This document shows, one piece after another, positions 45,801-60,310 of a DNA stretch of 64,000 nucleotides. The translations under genes were made by a program, and so were the position numbers. The DNA comes from the human T2T-CHM13v2.0 reference genome, Homo sapiens. Below the pieces are notes generated by a model. It was given only the letters and a program-made list of their open reading frames with translations. It made no database searches and had not been told where the DNA came from. Each line of letters begins with the position of its first letter. The first letter of the stretch is position 1. The DNA lies in contig CP068257.2 of assembly GCA_009914755.4 (NCBI GenBank), forward strand, positions 31,168,001 to 31,232,000, given 5' to 3'.

Positions 45801-46085
45801 TGCCTTTTAGGCATGTTTATGAATCTGTGAGATCTATTTTTAGAAGTTAATTACCAAGTCTACTTTTTTTCCAGTTAAATGCCTAGGTCATGGTTATTGT
45901 TGTTCTGTTACTTATGAAGTAAAATAAGCAGAATAAAACCCAAAAAACACAAAATAACCTATTTGTTATTTTGAATCTTTTAAAATATAACATCAACAAT
46001 ACATTTTTCACATTAAAAAATCTATTGATTTGAGAAAACTGTACTTAAACCATGGCCCCAGGGTGAACGAATGGTGAGCGGGAAT
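45786..46085 (+). repeat. arm A of a 300-bp inverted repeat (palindrome); partner arm at 46618-47215
   Basis: tggtccagtactttttgccttttaggcatgtttatgaatctgtgagatctatttttagaagttaattaccaagtctac...catggccccagggtgaacgaatggtgagcgggaat is the reverse complement (about 93 percent) of 46618-46697 plus 46997-47215. Confidence 0.85.
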
Positions 46086-46617
46086 AAAATAAAATTCAAA
46101 ACCATGTCCCCTGACTGCACAGCCTCTTTGTTTTTTGTTTTTGTTTTTTTCCAACCTCATCATTACACTCCTTTCACATAGGACTCAGTGCCCTGGCCCC
46201 ATTTTTAGTTAGAGAACGGTGGCTCTTGTATAGATCTGCCATGGGCTTGTACTGGGTAAAACGATGAAATTTGTCTTGGGGGCTTTAGACGTCTCTTTCT
46301 GGATCCCTTTCTCTAAAAGATAATATTTACCACAGCAGGATGCCGCTAATACTGAATCAAAGCAATATGTAGCCAAGCCATGAGCAGCTAATATCCTAAC
46401 CTGAGCCCTGCCTGGAAGTGGCAGCCGTGTTAGCCTCTCTGGTGCTTTATGTTGAATGGGTGCTCGGGGTGAAGGGACTCTGGCAGCCTTCCCAGAAAGG
46501 GAGATGGCAAAAGAGAAAACAAACACCTTCTAGAGGTTTCTGGGGAACTTAGGGAATCCTAGAAAACCTGTGTAAGGTAATGCAAGTACGTTTCTCCTCC
46601 CATCTGTTTTAATTGGC

Positions 46618-47215
<598 letters not shown>

Positions 47216-47369
47216 ACCAATGTTACTTCAGAAAACTCAGTGAACCCACACAAATGCCCCATTTTGTACAGATAAAATAAGAGTTACGTGTCAAAAGATA
47301 AACCAGGTTACGGCATTACAACCTTTCCTTTAGAAGGAATGTGCTGAAGGGGAAGAACATTACTAGACT

Positions 47370-47480
47370 GGTGATCAGGAGGCCTGAGATTTAACCCCAT
47401 GTTAATTTGAACCTCAGCTTCCTCATCTGTAAGATAAGGGAGACTGACATCCAGACCTGACGTTAGATGAATTAAGCCTC
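47370..47480 (+). mobile_element. MIR-like fragment
   Basis: gatttaaccccatgttaatttgaacctcagcttcctcatctgtaagataagggagactgacatcc resembles the MIR core ttacttaacctctctgagcctcagtttcctcatctgtaaaatggggataataatagtacc. Confidence 0.45.
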
Positions 47481-47649
47481 ACTGGGGGATGCAACACCAA
47501 CCTGAGGTTTACTGATCGGGTAGCTCATTCAGCCACAGCCATCACCCTCTGTTTTCCACTGGGCTTTTAGATACATCATAAAACACTAGGATTTTTCTGC
47601 TTCAGCCAGTTGCAATTGCTCAGAAACCTCATAAGAATATATATTCCTT

Positions 47650-47937
47650 TTTTATCTTTTTTTTTGAGACAGGGTTCCCCAGGCTGGAGTGCAGTGGCAC
47701 AATCATGGCTCACTGCAGCCTCAACCTCCCCAGGCTCAGCTGATCCCCCCACCTCAGCTTCCCAAGTAGCTTGGAGTACAGGCACTTACCACCATGCCCA
47801 GCTACTCTTTCTATTTTTTGTAGAGACGGGGTTTCACCATGTTGCCCAGAATGGCCTCAAACTCCTCGGCTCAAGGGATTGCCTGCCTCAGCCTCCCATA
47901 GTGCTGGGATTACAGGCATGAGCCACCGTGCCTGTCC
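47650..47937 (-). mobile_element. Alu (antisense), slightly 3'-deleted in the right arm
   Basis: tttttatctttttttttgagacagggttccccaggctggagtgcagtggcacaatcatggctcactgcagcctcaacctcc...ggattacaggcatgagccaccgtgcctgtcc. Confidence 0.85.
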
Positions 47938-47950
47938 ACTATTTATTCTA

Positions 47951-47962
47951 TATATATATATG
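47951..47962. repeat. (TA)n short microsatellite
   Basis: atatatatatat. Confidence 0.75.
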
Positions 47963-48216
47963 GGAAATATTTACATATATTTGTTTGCTGGACTAGGCAT
48001 TGTGTAACACATAAGTTATCCATTACAATAACAGCATGAGATGCTGTTCTTTCCATTTTACAGATGGGATGGGGAAGCTCAAAGAGGTTAAGAGACCTGC
48101 CCATGGTCACTGGGTGACTGAGGCTTTACCACCATGAAAATCTTTCCATGTAGGTCAACGGCATTTCCTTCTGTAGAGACCTGTGCGCCATGCCCATCCC
48201 TTCCTGCTAATGATGC

Positions 48217-48246
48217 AGCTAGCTAGCTTGCTTGCTTGCTTGCTTT
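48217..48246. repeat. (GCTA)2(GCTT)n microsatellite
   Basis: gctagctagcttgcttgcttgcttgctt. Confidence 0.85.
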
Positions 48247-50351
48247 AGCCTCAGCTCTTTTTTAGAGTAGGAAGGCTTTGTATTTTAGCCTATAGTGTGC
48301 TATTAACAATGCTTTCCATCAGCAGCCTTTGTTTCTCATAAGGAGTAAGACAATAAGCAGCCCTAAGTATTTATTCATTTCTCTTCAACTCTTGCATGGA
48401 ACTTAGGTCAGCTTTAGTTTTACTCCCCTCTGCGTTCTTTGTAATCTTGTGGATTGTATGGAGAAGTCTGCCTCAAACAGATGACCTGATTACTGAAACC
48501 CCCGCATTTTCTGTGGTTTTCCATTGTAAGGGAATCACTGCACTGTAAAATCCATAGGAAAATGCCATTTCTCTAAGCATATTTCTCCAAAAAGTTTTCA
48601 CCAAACATATGCATTTTCTTAACCTGAAGTTCTTCATCAGTCCCGGCCTCTGTCTTTGAAACGCCCAAAATGTGATGATGTAGGAAAAAAAAATTTAGGG
48701 TTGATGGGAAAGGAATGGATTTTAGAGGAAGATGTTTGCAAAGTTCTGGGAGTGGTAAGGAGAAATGGGAAAGGGAGAGAGACCACTCGGGTCTGTTCTG
48801 TGTGCAGCCATAGTATTGTTTGCTATTGAGTTGTTTGTGACTTTCTCTCCCATTCCCATCCTCAGATTTAAATGACCAATTTTGGCATAAGGACTCACAG
48901 GTGCAGAACATTCTATAGGCTTGGACGACTTCATAAAAAATGATTCAATCATATCTGGGACGAAGGCTGTCCCACTTATTCTCTCTAGCAGCCTAATGCT
49001 CTTGCTTTATTCAGATTTCCAATAGCAACTGTCATTGACTTTGTACACTTATGCATTGCATTAAGATTGTACTTATTGTTTGGAACTCTTAATGCTGCAA
49101 ATACCCGTGCAAGACTTAGACGCTGATAAGAGAGGAGGTGGTAAGGAATGTTTGAATTAACTCATAACTGCTACTTGCAAAGTTTCCAAAAGGTCTGATT
49201 TTTAAAAATTGTCTTTAGCATATGTAGAAAGATGTGATCATGAACTCACTGAAATATGGCTACCCTGGGAATATATTTTATAAAGAAGAAAAGAGTTCTT
49301 AATTCAAAGACACTGGGTCATGTTGAAGTTGAAAAAATTCTTGTCTATTACCTTTTTTTCATTTGTGTTCCCTAGAATTCAATAAAAATATATGCTATCA
49401 CTCCTGTCCCTGTCAACTGCTCTGCCTCAGTTATAATATAGCAGAGAGTTATTTAACCTAACCCAGACTAAAAATTATCACCACATCGAGAAATCACCTG
49501 GTAAAAGTATTTACTTTCTTTCCTATAAAGCATTCTCTCTCAGTGATTTTTGCATTAGTTTACTTTAGTCACAAAATGATGCAAACCAACAAGGAAAACT
49601 AAAATGGTTTTTATCTAATGTACATATAATTGCCGATGAAAAAGTTTCAGAAATCTCAATTACCCACTGTATTATTGTAACCTGTTTTAAGCAACAGGTA
49701 CTAAAATGAATAGAAATGAATGTTTTTGATCACTCTCCTTCCCCCTCTGCTCCCTATCGTTTAAAATCACATGTCTTACAGTAATTCCATTAGATTTTCA
49801 GCTGCTTTTCGAGAAGCAGGGTGTCCGAGCACAACAAAATGTTTCCTGCCAAACAATGGTTCTGCTTAATTTGATGCCTTACCCAGAAACCCAACAATAT
49901 TCCATGAGACCATTACACACTATTTTATCCTTTTCTTCTCTTTTTTTAATGTTTCACTTGCAGGAGCAGGGAGGGGAGGGGGAAAGGCTAAAACAAACTA
50001 ATTTTTGGTCATTTTATTCCTTTAGCAAACAGTTTGAAGGCTAACCAATTTGTACTTACAAATCTGGGGCATTAGCAGACGGGGACCCTAAATCCTCATG
50101 CATGCAAGCAGTAACTGTTTGTATGCCAAGCTGTTTGTAAGCCTGATTTGACAGGAGAGAGCTATTCATTCTTTTGTCAACTGTCAGTCTAAAAACGTTA
50201 ACCTGCCTGGGTCCCGGGGTATGGGAGCGCTAAATCTTCCGTCCTACCACTGTATAATGAACAGACTGTTTCATTAGTGGGACAATTCACTCGACAAATC
50301 CAGCCCAAACAACTTATTTCACAATTTGTGAGCAGAATTAAATTTCGGGGG

Positions 50352-50381
50352 AGTCGCAAGAGGGGGGCGGGAGGGGAGGAG
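50352..50381 (+). other. G-quadruplex-forming motif (G6 N G3 A G4 A G2 A G5)
   Basis: aggggggcgggaggggaggagggggag read directly; four or more G-runs of at least 3 within 30 nt. Confidence 0.6.
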
Positions 50382-52103
50382 GGGGAGTAGGTGAGCGGCA
50401 CACAATATACTGAGGGATCAATGTGTTGGGATAAGTGTTCCAGGCAATTTTGCTGGCAGTTGTGGGCTGAGGCTTGCAGGGCCACCGCATGCAGATCAGC
50501 GGATTAGGGGGACCGCAGCATTAGGTCAAGTGTCTCGAGGGGAGCTGATAAACACCCCAAACCTGACAACAGATTTTCCTTTCTTCCTGCACCACTTGTT
50601 AAGTGTCAGAGCAAATCTTTTGAATGGCAGTGGAGTTTACTTAGAGGCCCTTTCTTCAAGAAGACACTCTATCCATTTTCTGAAGCCCATTCCAGGCTGC
50701 CTCAGGAATAAATTTGCCCCACATCTCACACACACAAAAAAACGTCTTTTTCCTCCACATCTTGACTATGAGCCTTTGTCTCAAGGTGTGTGAACCAGAA
50801 CAAAAATCCACATCAAGAGCCCCTAAGGTTTCAGAGCCTCTGGATTTAGCTTTAATACAAATTAAACACTTTGAAGATTACACAAATACTTTTTTTTTTT
50901 TGGTCACAGAAAAGTCTCATTTTAAACATTACCAATGTATGGATTCTGTTAAACGGAGAAATTTTAAGCAGCAAAGGGTCATAGAATGACTAGATCTTAA
51001 CAATATCCTATATGTACATTGCTGTTAATTCAAACAGAGTAAATAGCCAGCATGCTATATTTCTTTCAATTTAAGAATCCCAAACAGGAGAAGCCAGCCA
51101 TGCTTATTGTATTAAGTTGTATCTCTGTGTTAACTCAAAGTACGTGATAGAAAATCTGTGTTGCAACATTTAAAATTTGCTTACTAGTTTTGAGCAGAGA
51201 AGTTTATTTTCACTTTGAGATGTTCTAAAATGTTTAAATAGCCTCAAATGTTTGAGGGCTTTTTGTTGCAGCTTGGTTTTGCATTATGGTTTTGTTTTTT
51301 ATTTCTTTTGGCTGTTTAATTTTTGATTTGGTATGGTGTGCAAATCTAATGTGAAGTTTTCAAGTGACCACTGTTAAAAGGATCAAGTAGGAAAGTCCTC
51401 TGAATATTAGCATGTCATTTTCCCAGACATTTGCACTGGAGCCATTTTGGGCAATCGGTTTGAAGATATTTTCCTTTTAATAAGTATTTTCTATCAAATA
51501 GAGTCTTATGGAAGAGAAAATAAGTGTTTTGGCTATATTTTTACAATACTTTTTTGAATTTAGGTAGTGGAAAATATGTTACTGAAGTACTGAACAATAT
51601 TTCTGTGCTGGACCAACACTATGATAATTATTTCAATATTATTGATTTCTATTGTGAACTCCACCTACTCTATAGAGAATATTTAATCAGGCAAACTAGT
51701 ACTTATGCCAAAAATGCTTCTTATTCTCCCTCTTCCGCTAGAAAATTTCGCAGGATTAGAGCTATTATACTATCTAGTAGTTACATCTTTGGTGCCTGAG
51801 GATCTCAACACTAAATGGAACCATTACAGGACATTCTACACTCACTCTATACGCTGGATTCCTGTTATATGAAGAGATTCATTATTCTTTACCTCATTTT
51901 CACCATTTTTTAGGAAAGAAAAATGTACTGTATTTCACTGTGCTGAATGCAACTGCCAATCAAGATAGTCTGCAGCCTACCTGTGGACCTTAATGATTTC
52001 ACATGTTCTGCGGAAGAATTTCTCCCCCACCTCCAATGACTATGGCATTCCTTGGGAAAGTTAGCTTGGTATTTACTTTTCCCCAGCAGGTCCCAAGCTG
52101 ACC

Positions 52104-52180
52104 AAAAAAATAAATAAAAATAAAAAATAAAATCAACAACAACAACAACAACAACAAAAACACAAAACAACAATCAGTTA
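52104..52180. repeat. A-rich low-complexity tract / (CAA)n
   Basis: aaaaaaataaataaaaataaaaaataaaatcaacaacaacaacaacaacaaaaacacaaaacaacaa. Confidence 0.8.
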
Positions 52181-52886
52181 GCCAGGCTGTTTCAATGGCC
52201 CAATAAGTTCCATGATAGCAAGAATTCTATGAATAATAATGGGACATGGAATCCCATGCAGCCTCGCGGAGAGCTCAGCCAAATCACCCGGAAATTCTGC
52301 TTCATCACAGCCCTTTCTCTTGCCATAAAACTGCTTGGGCTCTGTCTTTGCTTCCACATCATTTAAGCCTTTCTGCCGACCCTCCAGCAATTCCATCCCT
52401 GGGGCCTCCGCCCGTCACTATGCTGGGGCTCCCCAGGGCTTCTCAAGAGGCTCCGTCAGCTCCATCCTAGAGGCCTCTTCACAGCACCAGATGAAGTCCA
52501 CACCTCCTTTTGTAGGACGTTCAAGCAACACAGGCCAGAGTAAGGATCAAAGTAAAAGTCATCCTAAATTCACCACTGAGAGATACCACTGCCGGTAAAC
52601 AGGAGACTGCTTTTTCGGATGTCTACGCATTTATACATCTTGCCCAGTAACAATGGTACTATATCATACATACCATTTTCTTTTATTTTATTTGTATAAA
52701 TTTATGAGGTGCAAGTGGAATTTTGTTGTATAGACAGATTGTGTAGTGGTGAAGTCAAGGCTTTTAGTGTGTCCATCATGCAAATGAGGAATATTGTACC
52801 CATTAATTAATTTCTCATCATCCACCCCCTCCCATCCATACATACCATTTTATAAATAGCTTGTTTTAGCCAACAATATGTCATGA

Positions 52887-53228
<342 letters not shown>

Positions 53229-53746
53229 ATATTCCTTTTTAAAGACAGCATCAGAGTTCATCATATAGATATTCTTTAATTATATAATTAATCCCTTTTG
53301 TGGGCCATTTGTGGGGGTGCTCATTTTTTTCTTATTAGAAAGAAAGCTGAAATCAATGTCTTGTACAAATACCTTTTGTGTACTTCTCTGGTTAGCGCTT
53401 TAAGATAAAGACTTAAAAGAGGCATTGTTAGCTCAAAGGATATATATATTTTCACATATGTAGTTAAGCTGACCTCTGGAAATTTATCATATTATGCAAA
53501 TCCTGTCAGCTGCTTTTCAGGGGCAGGAACGCAGTGGGGCAGGGAGGCCATATTTACTTGTGACACAGGATTTTTCTTGGCCACTTTGCCAACTGGGGAC
53601 TTCCATGGCCAGTGACCCCCTCCCTGCCCAGACGTCGCTTAGCCCGGCCTGCCTCTGGAGGCGCCCTGCCCACTTGGCCCACCAGTGTTATAGCTTGTAC
53701 CCAAGTTTGGTGATTCCTAAGCTCTTGTGTCATGTCCAAGCAGAAA

Positions 53747-54225
53747 GAGGATATGCTGCTGACAATTGAAGGGTGAGGATGGATGGAGAAGAATTTTATT
53801 GAGCGATGGAACAGCTCTCAGTGGAGAGGGAACATGGCGGGGGTGGTCCCCCACCCCTGCACTCAGGTGGTTTCTCTCTCCCAGTGTGGCTGAGTCAGGG
53901 ACTTTTATGGGCTCAGAATAGGGGAGTGTGTGCTGTTTGGTTTGTGAGTATGCAAAGAAAGGCTAAAGCAAAGGCACCACTAAAGGTGGGCACAGCAGTG
54001 TAGAAAACCAATTAGAAAAAGGTAAGTATATGTAAAATAGGTGAGGGGTGGGGACGAATCAGAGGAAAGTGTGCCAAATGGGAAGACAGGTTCTCAATCC
54101 AATCTGTGGATTTGACGTGTAGCTTGGCTTTCAGGCTTTAAACTGTCTTTAGCTTGAAGGTCAGGTTTCACTGGGGACCTGCCCATATCTGCCTAGGTAT
54201 TTGTCTGCCTCCTGCCGCTATCAAT
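53747..54225 (+). repeat. about 480-bp dispersed repeat, copy A (candidate retroviral LTR; family not identified)
   Basis: gaggatatgctgctgacaattgaagggtgaggatggatggagaagaattttattgagcgatggaacagctctcagtggagagggaac...gcaaagaaaggctaaagcaaaggcaccactaaaggtgggcacagcagtgtagaaaacc...gtgccaaatgggaagacaggttctcaatccaatctgtggatttgacgtgtagcttggctttcaggctttaaactgtc... is about 90 percent identical to 60311-60785. Confidence 0.5.
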
Positions 54226-57200
54226 TGCCCCCTCTGAAGAGGTACCTCTAACTGTCATTAGGATAAGAACGGTGACCGATCTTAACTGCTTCATGCTGAC
54301 AGGAGGTGCCATTTTGGGAAAATGGCAGTCAGTTCTCCCTCAGAGGCCTCTCTAAGGGTCCCTGACAAAAGGGAGCCATTGTCTGAGGCTCCAGTTGCAT
54401 GACCATTTGCAGTTTGATGGCCTGAAGGTGAAAAGAGACAAACCAGGTTATTAGAAGACATGTATCAAAATGAAACAAGGGGGTAAGGACAGTTCAAAAA
54501 TCCCAAGGTTGCCAACATGCCCAGATAACTGATGGCTATAGTTATGCCTGCTAAGATTTGAGTGCATGGAGCTTGGCTTTGGTTAGCTCCCTTGGTCTTA
54601 TTTTCCCAAACAAAGAAATCTTGGGGTTATGGGCACCCTATTTACTCCTATCACCTGGCAGGATTTGCAGGATAATTGCCCAGAACTAGAATATTGATCC
54701 AGATTTTTACATTACCCAGCCCTTCTGTTTCTTCTGAGCTGCAGCTGGAGATCACTGGTTGGTTCACAGGAATAAGCAGGGTTAGTCTAAAATGCAGACA
54801 AAAACTTAAAAACAATGAGACTAGAATTTAATGTCAAGTGTACGATAAGTTTTGAAACATATTTTTTTCTCTCTCCAGTCCTCATTTTTGTTAAAAACAA
54901 ATCATGATAGGACTGAGTTGTTTGCAAAATAAACTTTCATCTTATATATGGCTTAATTATCTGCATAAAGTGCAGGAAGAATAATTATTTTCACATAGGC
55001 TTTTCTAAGTTGGCTTTGATGAAACTCTGTTCCAGAAGTAATCTTAGATAAAACTTTTCAAAGCTGAGCTCAGCCATGGGTTTATACCCTCAAATACCTA
55101 TGATTTGGGTAAATTCCTCTCTTCCTGAGGTTCTAAGAAAGCTTGGGGCTGCTGGGCCTGTTAGAAAGTGACATTCTTTACTCACCACAGGTTACGAACC
55201 CTGTAAAGGAACTGTGTAGACAAGGTGTGAGGCCAGGTTTCCCAAGGGGCTTTTATTGGTTCTGCAAGTCAAGCTTGATTCCCTAAAGGAAAGTACATCA
55301 TTCCAGTCAAAGCCTTGGCAGAACAACCAGTTTCTCCAATTGAATATTGTTGCAAAAGAAAATGGATTCTTATTGCACTGGTGCAAATAACTATATTGCC
55401 GTAAGTTAAGGATACTCGCAAATAGTTTCCAAATTCTAGAGAAACCAGGCAGAGAGAAACAAATATGCTCCAAATTTTGTTCACAGTAGTATACCTTACT
55501 CAATTGTTAAAAGTTGTAGATAGCTCAAAAGATTCCTTGACTCTGAAAAACAAAACAAGGATCAGCAATGTTTTAAGCAAAATTTTGAAAACATTACTTC
55601 AGTTTTCTATTGATTCAGTCCAATATCTGCTTGATATTCATGAACATTTCAGCTCTTCATGAGTCCTGAATGTTTTTCCTTTATTCCAATGTCACAATCT
55701 CCAAAGATATCAGGAACCTGCATTTAAGAGCACCTGTCAAAGTTCTATAGCTGATTATCAACCATCTTTTGAAAAGGAACAATACAAGACAACAATTATC
55801 TGTGAATGACAAAATGTTCAGGCTAGTTACAGTTAAAAACTTGATTGACAGAGAAATTTGGCTACTTGTATGGTTTACAATAACTTAACATAATAACCTT
55901 AATTATGATTGATAACATATACTCAGACATTAGAATTTTAGAAATCCTAAGCAATTTTGGAACATACATTAATATTATTCACCAAAATAGAACCTGAAAA
56001 TTAAATGTTATTTTTATTTTGGCAATCCCATGTAACTAAACATGTCAAATAATCCTGTTTACCTCTCTTTTGGATGTTCCAGGGGCCCTCTGTAGCATCC
56101 AAAAGTTAGGGGCTAGAAAAGACAACCTTGAAGCTAAAGTTTGATTTTTGGGGAAGCCTACAAACATGTTAAAGGTTTAAAACATTTGATATTATGCAAT
56201 AGAATTCCAGGTTACCACAAGTCATTTATTTAGCCAAAATAATGATTTAAAACATTTTTAAAAAGGCAAAAACCTTTACATACTAAGAGGGAAGACTTAG
56301 CTTTCCAAACAATCTGTCTTGTCTTCCTCCCTCCTTTTTTTGAAACCTTATAGATAATTCTATCCAATCTTAACCAGTTTGACCATGAGGTGAGGTTCCT
56401 ATAAACCTTTTATAACCCTTTACAAATTTTTGTTAAAGAGCAGATCAATGCATTAAGAAAACCCTGTTATGCTTTAATTCCAATGCTTGATTTACGGAAA
56501 AACCAAATCATACCCTTTTGAATTTAGTTGATCTCAAATGAAGTTTCTTTTACAAGATTAATTTTTACCAACCTTTCACAACTTCTTTAAACCTTTAGCT
56601 TTATCTTATCTGATTTAAAACAATTCTTTAACCCTCTAAACTAGGCAAAAATTTATATTCCCATGCCTTCTTATAATATTTTACCAAAAATATATTTTAC
56701 TTTCTTTACACACCTTGCATGTAAATCTATTTTTAGTAGTCCCAATTATGTGTTATAATGGTAACTCTTAGCAATTTTTAATTTTAGTGTAAAACCTGGT
56801 AAGCTGTTTTAATTATGTACTAGGTGCAGCTAAGATCTGACACTTTCCAGTATAGTAAGAGGTATAGTTAACTCCACATGTCCCAAGGCCTTACCAAACT
56901 GTAAAGCAGACAAGCCGAACAGTTTTCAAAATCCAAAGAAGCAGTTTATGACCTTAGAGCATTTAGCAAACCTAATATCTGAACATAATTTAGACCACAT
57001 GTTTACATTTTGAAGACATTTGTATTTTACCAATAATCTTTAAAACTGTTTTTATTTCTCAAAGATTAAAGTCATGTGAACTAAATGGCATTACAGCTTT
57101 TATTTTTCCTTTAAAATTTTTGATCTAAGCCTTTATTTTCTTTAAGCCAATTAATTAGAGCTCCTTTTTATACAGACAGACAGAAGAAGATCCAGTAGTT

Positions 57201-57496
57201 GTAAGATTTTTCATCTGCCAGTTTCTTAATTTGATTACTGGCCTCAGGGTGGAGCCCTTCAAGAGCAGGGCTAGGAAAGCATGCAGTTTCTAGGGCTAAT
57301 AAACAGGCATAGCAGGAAGACAAATACAGATTTTGAGAGGGTTCTATCCACTTTTAATTCCTGGTGTTCCATGAGGAAAACACAGGTTTTTGCCCAAAAT
57401 GGGGTCCATGGCACCTTTTCTGTTTTTCCCAAGCCATCCCAGGCTATCAGAAGTTGTCTTAGGGCCTCTCATGTGTGCATTAAGGGTGGCAAGACA

Positions 57497-57943
<447 letters not shown>

Positions 57944-58576
57944 TTAATTAAGGTGACTTTTAGCTGTAGCACTCTTTAAAAAATTCTTTTAATTCCCTTA
58001 TTACCCAACTTTAGCCATGCCAAGCAGCTGATATTTCTGACTTTTGAACTTTACCAAAATTAACCTCACAGGTGAAACCAACAAACCTCAACTAAGGTTG
58101 ATTTAATCATGAGTGTACAAGGCATTTTCAGAGGTGGTAGGCACTTTTTACAAAATCTAAAATCTTTAAAGGTAGCTCAGAGAAAATGTTATGGGATCAT
58201 TGAGGTGCCGCTTTTCTGGCCAGAAACCTCTGTGCAGAAACCCACAGTGGGGCGGGCAGCTCCAGGTGTCTGCACAGGTGCTGGCTGTCTGCAAGGCTAT
58301 GGCTGGACCAGGCACACCACAAGCAATTTCCAGAGATGGCACTGGGGAACATGGTGGCACCCAGAAGCTTGAACATGCCAGAAATCACAGGGCCCCAAGG
58401 AGGGAGTCACAGTCCTGGCTGAGGGAGCTCCCTGGTCTTGGCTCCCTGAAAGGTTGCAGCTCTTTTCTCCATCTCTTCACCTGTAATGTGGCAAGCAAAG
58501 GGCATGTCTCAACCCTGTTTGTGTTACAGCTCTTTTAGCCTCGCCATTTGGCAGGTCCCAAGTCTTGTCCTGTGAC

Positions 58577-58875
58577 CAGGAAGAATAGGTATGCTGACAA
58601 GTGGAGGGCGAGCAAGAAGAAGAGGAGGTTTATTGAGTAATAGAACAGCTGAGAGGAGACCCTCAGTTTGTAGCTCCTTTCCACAGTCAGGGTGTCCTGA
58701 TGAATGTTCAGCTCCTAGCAGAGAGGGTAGCTCCTCTCTACAGCTGGTCATCCTGTCATCTGCTCTGCTCTGGTTGAGCATGGGGCTTTTATGGGCCTCA
58801 GTGGGGAGAAAGTGTATATCAATTGGTCCATGGGTGGCCATGGGGGGCACCTGGAAAAGGCACCACAAATTCCCA
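58577..58875 (+). repeat. diverged third copy (about 70 percent) of the 53747/60311 repeat family; also shares about 60 bp of upstream flank with copy A
   Basis: gaataggtatgctgacaagtggagggcgagcaagaagaagaggaggtttattgagtaatagaacagctgagaggag...ggcttttatgggcctcagtggggag...aaggcaccac parallels gaggatatgctgctgacaattgaagggtgaggatggatggagaagaattttattgagcgatggaacagctctcagtggagagg...ggacttttatgggctcagaataggggag...aaggcaccac. Confidence 0.4.
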
Positions 58876-60310
58876 CTTTGGTCTGCAGTTCTGGCAGCCT
58901 CGCCCCCAGCCATCAGGCCCTCCCTGGCCTGAGGTGGGGCCTCACCAGGGACCCACCTCCTTCTGCCCAGGAGCCTGTCTGCCCCCCTGCCACTGTCCAT
59001 GGTGCCCAGGCTACTTGTGACAAGTAGCACCTGCAGACCAGTGCCGAGCTACCCTCAGTGCCCCTCTCAGCTTCCCCACCATGCTTGTCAGTGCCCAATG
59101 TCTAGAGGAGGCTGAGGCAGCAGGGGGCTGGTGTGTCTGGTGTGCCAGTACTGCCCCAAGTGTGCGCGTACCTGGCTGGGCTGTGACAGTGCCCATGCTG
59201 GACTCCAACCCCGCTCCAAGATCAGAGCAGGTGCTGGGAGCTGGGAGAGGCCAGGCAGCAGGAGCAGACACCCCTGAGGGTGCAGAGTGCAGAGACACCC
59301 AGGTCCTGCACCTGGGAGGGCAGGACTCCTGCCCTCTCTGAGGAGCATGCAAGAAGCCCTGGCTGTGCTTCCTCGCAGCTTGGGGTGGGGGCTCCAGGTC
59401 CTCACTGGGCCCCTCTGTCCCCACCCCTCTGTGCCCAACCATGCTTTTCCCCTCCATTGGGCAGCTTGATCTAGCCCCTTCATGGCAGCCTCCAGGACAG
59501 CAGGCTTTTGGGGGGTTCCCACTTGTCCCTGGCTCCTGCTGGCTCCATGGAGAGTGGCACTGCCCTGGGCCCAACTCTACCTTCTCCTTGAGCCCTCCCC
59601 TGCAGTGGTGGCAGATGAGAGCAGCAACTCGGAGCCAGGGTCTGGAGTTACGAAGGCTAAGGCCCTGGGGGCAGGTCCCACCTGGCTGCTGTGCCAGGGT
59701 GGGGGCTGCACAGTCAGCTGCCTCAGGGACATGGGGCACAGGGGGCCCACCGCCACCATTGCTGTTCCCACAGCTGCTCCTGTCACCACCTCTCACACCT
59801 CCCCACTGCAGTCAGTGCAGTGGTTGCTCTGGACAGCCCACTGCTGCCATCAAAAGGAAGCTAGAAGTTGTTCATGGAGGGGAGGAGAATCAGCAAATGG
59901 TAAAAGTCATGCAGATATTAACCAGAAAGTACTCATTGCCTAAGCCAGGACTGAACCCGGGACTCCATTGCAAAATGGCAAAGACCAAAAGAAAGTACTG
60001 CCATGTGGTTACAAGGTCCAGCTGCAAAGGACGTAAAACAAGATGGAGACCTCATCCAGTTCTTTTCTTTAGAGACCTGTAGCAAAGTTTGTTACTAAAC
60101 AGTTTGCCAGGCTGGCTTGAACAGTGGGCTTACGGGGTCCTAGGCCCATGTTCTATCCTAAGGCATCCCTCTTTCTGATGGAAAGATACAGAAAGACAAA
60201 TTCTTAATACAATGGATTCACTATAGCTTAAGACTAGTCTCACAAATCCCTTTTTCCATTAATCAAAATTTACGGAGGATATAAACAATGATTTTTACCA
60301 ATCACTGAAT

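Noticed and set aside
47221-47520. Extension of the 45786/46618 palindrome into the flanking MIR-like sequences (arms up to about 450 bp)
   Set aside because: Both flanks contain MIR-like sequence. However, the orientation and spacing are inconsistent: there is an extra roughly 170 bp on the B side, and the MIR-like pieces read in conflicting orientations. I could not establish arm identity beyond 47215 by eye.
50190-50560. Possible CpG-island promoter
   Set aside because: The CpG cluster is only about 370 bp with roughly a dozen CpGs and moderate GC content. It falls below the usual island criteria and has no adjacent exon-like ORF or TATA/Inr I could justify. It is kept as a candidate regulatory element in findings rather than called a promoter.
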